From the NCBI RefSeq assembly GCF_963921235.1, contig NC_086108.1:34722001-34786000 (forward strand): a stretch of 64,000 nucleotides of DNA, read 5' to 3'. The stretch comes from Mobula hypostoma (lineage: Eukaryota). The notes beneath the pieces were generated by a model. It was given only the letters and a program-made list of their open reading frames with translations. It was not told the origin of the DNA and made no database searches. Below are positions 62,320-64,000 of this stretch, piece by piece (within the stretch, counting starts at the first letter, position 1; each line of letters opens with the position of its first letter). A program made the position numbers and the translations under genes.

Positions 62320-64000
62320 TTCACCAATTCTGCTCACCAGACTTGGAAAAGCTTGCAACTAAGTGCTGTCCATTTTACCTGCTATGAGAGATTGCAGTGA
62401 TTATTTTGGTAGCAGTGTAAGTTCCACCTCAGGCCAATATCAAACAGGCTCTGGATGATCTTAGCAATGTGATCAACATGCACGAAACAGCACACCCTGA
62501 CACCTTCACCATCATTTTGGGGAATTTTAGCCAGGCCAGCGTGAAAAAGTCACTAAATAATTACCATCAACAAATCACTTGTAGTACAAGAGGAAACAAC
62601 ACACTGGACCACTGTTACACTAAGATCAAGAGTGCTTGCCATGCTCTACCATGCCCACACTTTGGAAAGTCTGATCACCTGGCTGTACTTCTGCTCCCTG
62701 AGTATAGGCAGAGACTGAAGACTGCTGCACCAGTAGTGAGGACCAAGAAGGTATGAACATAGGGAGCACAGGAGCACCTATAGGACTGCTTTGAATCGGT
62801 GGACTGGACAGTAATCAGGGATTCATCTTTGAATCTGGTTGAGTATGCTGCAGTTATTACAGACTTCATTAAAACCTCTATGAATGAGTGTGTGCCTACA
62901 AAACCTTGCTGTACATTCTCAAACCAAAAGCCATGGATGAACCAGGAGGTTTGTTGTGTTCTGAGGGCTAGATCTGTAACATTCAAGTCTGGCAACCAAG
63001 GCCTGTGCAAGAAAACTATGTATGACTTGTGGAAGGCTATTTCAAGAGTGAAGAGACAACTCCAAGTGAGGTTGGAGGCGACATTGGATGCATGTCAACC
63101 TTGGCAGGGTTTACAGAAAGTTACTTCCCATAAGACGAAACGCAATAGCATGAATGGCAGCAATGTTTCACTACCAAATGAGCTCAATGCCTTCTATGTC
63201 TGCTTTGAAAGGGAGAATATAACTACAGCCGTGAAGATCCCTGCTGAACCTGGTGACCCTGTGGCCTCTGTCTGAGAGGCCAATGACAGGATATCTTTCA
63301 GCAGGGTGAACCCTCGCAAGACAGCAGGTCCCAATGGAGGACCTGGTAAGGCTTTGAAAACTTGTGCCAACTAACTGGCGGGAGTGTTCAAGGACATTTT
63401 CAACCTCTCATTGCTACCGTCAGACGTTCCCAACTGCTTCAAAAAGGCAACAATTATGCCTGTGCATAAGAAGAGTAGCGTGAGCTGCCTTAATGACTAT
63501 CATCCAGTAGCACTCACATCTACAGTGATGGAATGCTCTGAGAGGTTGGTCATGGCTGGAATGAACTCCTACCTCATCAAGGACCTGGACTCACTGCAAT
63601 TTGACTATCACCACAGCTGGTCTATGGCAGACGCGATCTCATTTGCCCTTCAAACAACCTTTCATCACCTGGGCAATACAAACACCTATGTCAAGATACA
63701 GCACAGATGTTTGGTGACTATAGCTCAGGGTTTAACACCATCATTCCTACAGTCCTAATCGATATGCTACCGAACCTGGACCTCTATACCTCTGTTTGCA
63801 TTTGGATCCTAGACTTCCAAACTGGAAGACCAGAATCTGTGTGGATAGGTATTAATAGATCCTCCTCGCTGATGATCAACACTGGTGCACCTCAGGGGTG
63901 TGGGCTAAGCCCACTGCTGTACACTCTCTACACTCATGACTGTGTGGCTAGGCACAGTCAAATGCCACGTATAAATTTGCTCATGATACACCCATTTTTG
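62320..64000 (+). mobile_element. Old Rex1-clade LINE (endonuclease end and RT start), continues beyond the window
   Basis: [40 protein letters not shown]. Confidence 0.85.

Noticed and set aside
142..63758. Many 60-170 aa ORFs in the track
   Set aside because: They are antisense or off-frame readings of TEs or random ORFs with no recognisable host domains.

Overview
This is 64 kb of transposon-dense vertebrate non-coding DNA. The repeat repertoire (CR1, Rex1/Babar, L1, RTE, I/Nimb, Penelope-like elements, V-domain and Deu-like tRNA SINEs, Harbinger, Tigger, Tc1-type MITEs, solo LTRs) suggests a cartilaginous fish, probably a ray or skate; this is an inference from recalled repeat families, not a database result. 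I could not support any host protein-coding exon, and every long ORF is retrotransposon-derived. Main elements: a full-length, TSD-flanked L1 (38846-44603) with an intact ORF1 and a disabled ORF2; a young CR1 RT ORF nested in an older CR1; young Rex1 and RTE copies nested in old Rex1 copies; and a 1.47-kb solo LTR with internal tandem repeats. The most interesting signal is a family of Penelope-like element (PLE) 3' remnants, about a dozen loci, many carrying a minimal type I hammerhead ribozyme (CAGUC-CUGAUGA-A-stem II-GAAA-CGUC/GACUG). It includes a 138-bp ribozyme-bearing unit with a 15-bp TSD and a 1.2-kb head-to-head inverted insertion with a ribozyme motif on each arm. Boundaries of old, decayed repeats are approximate.
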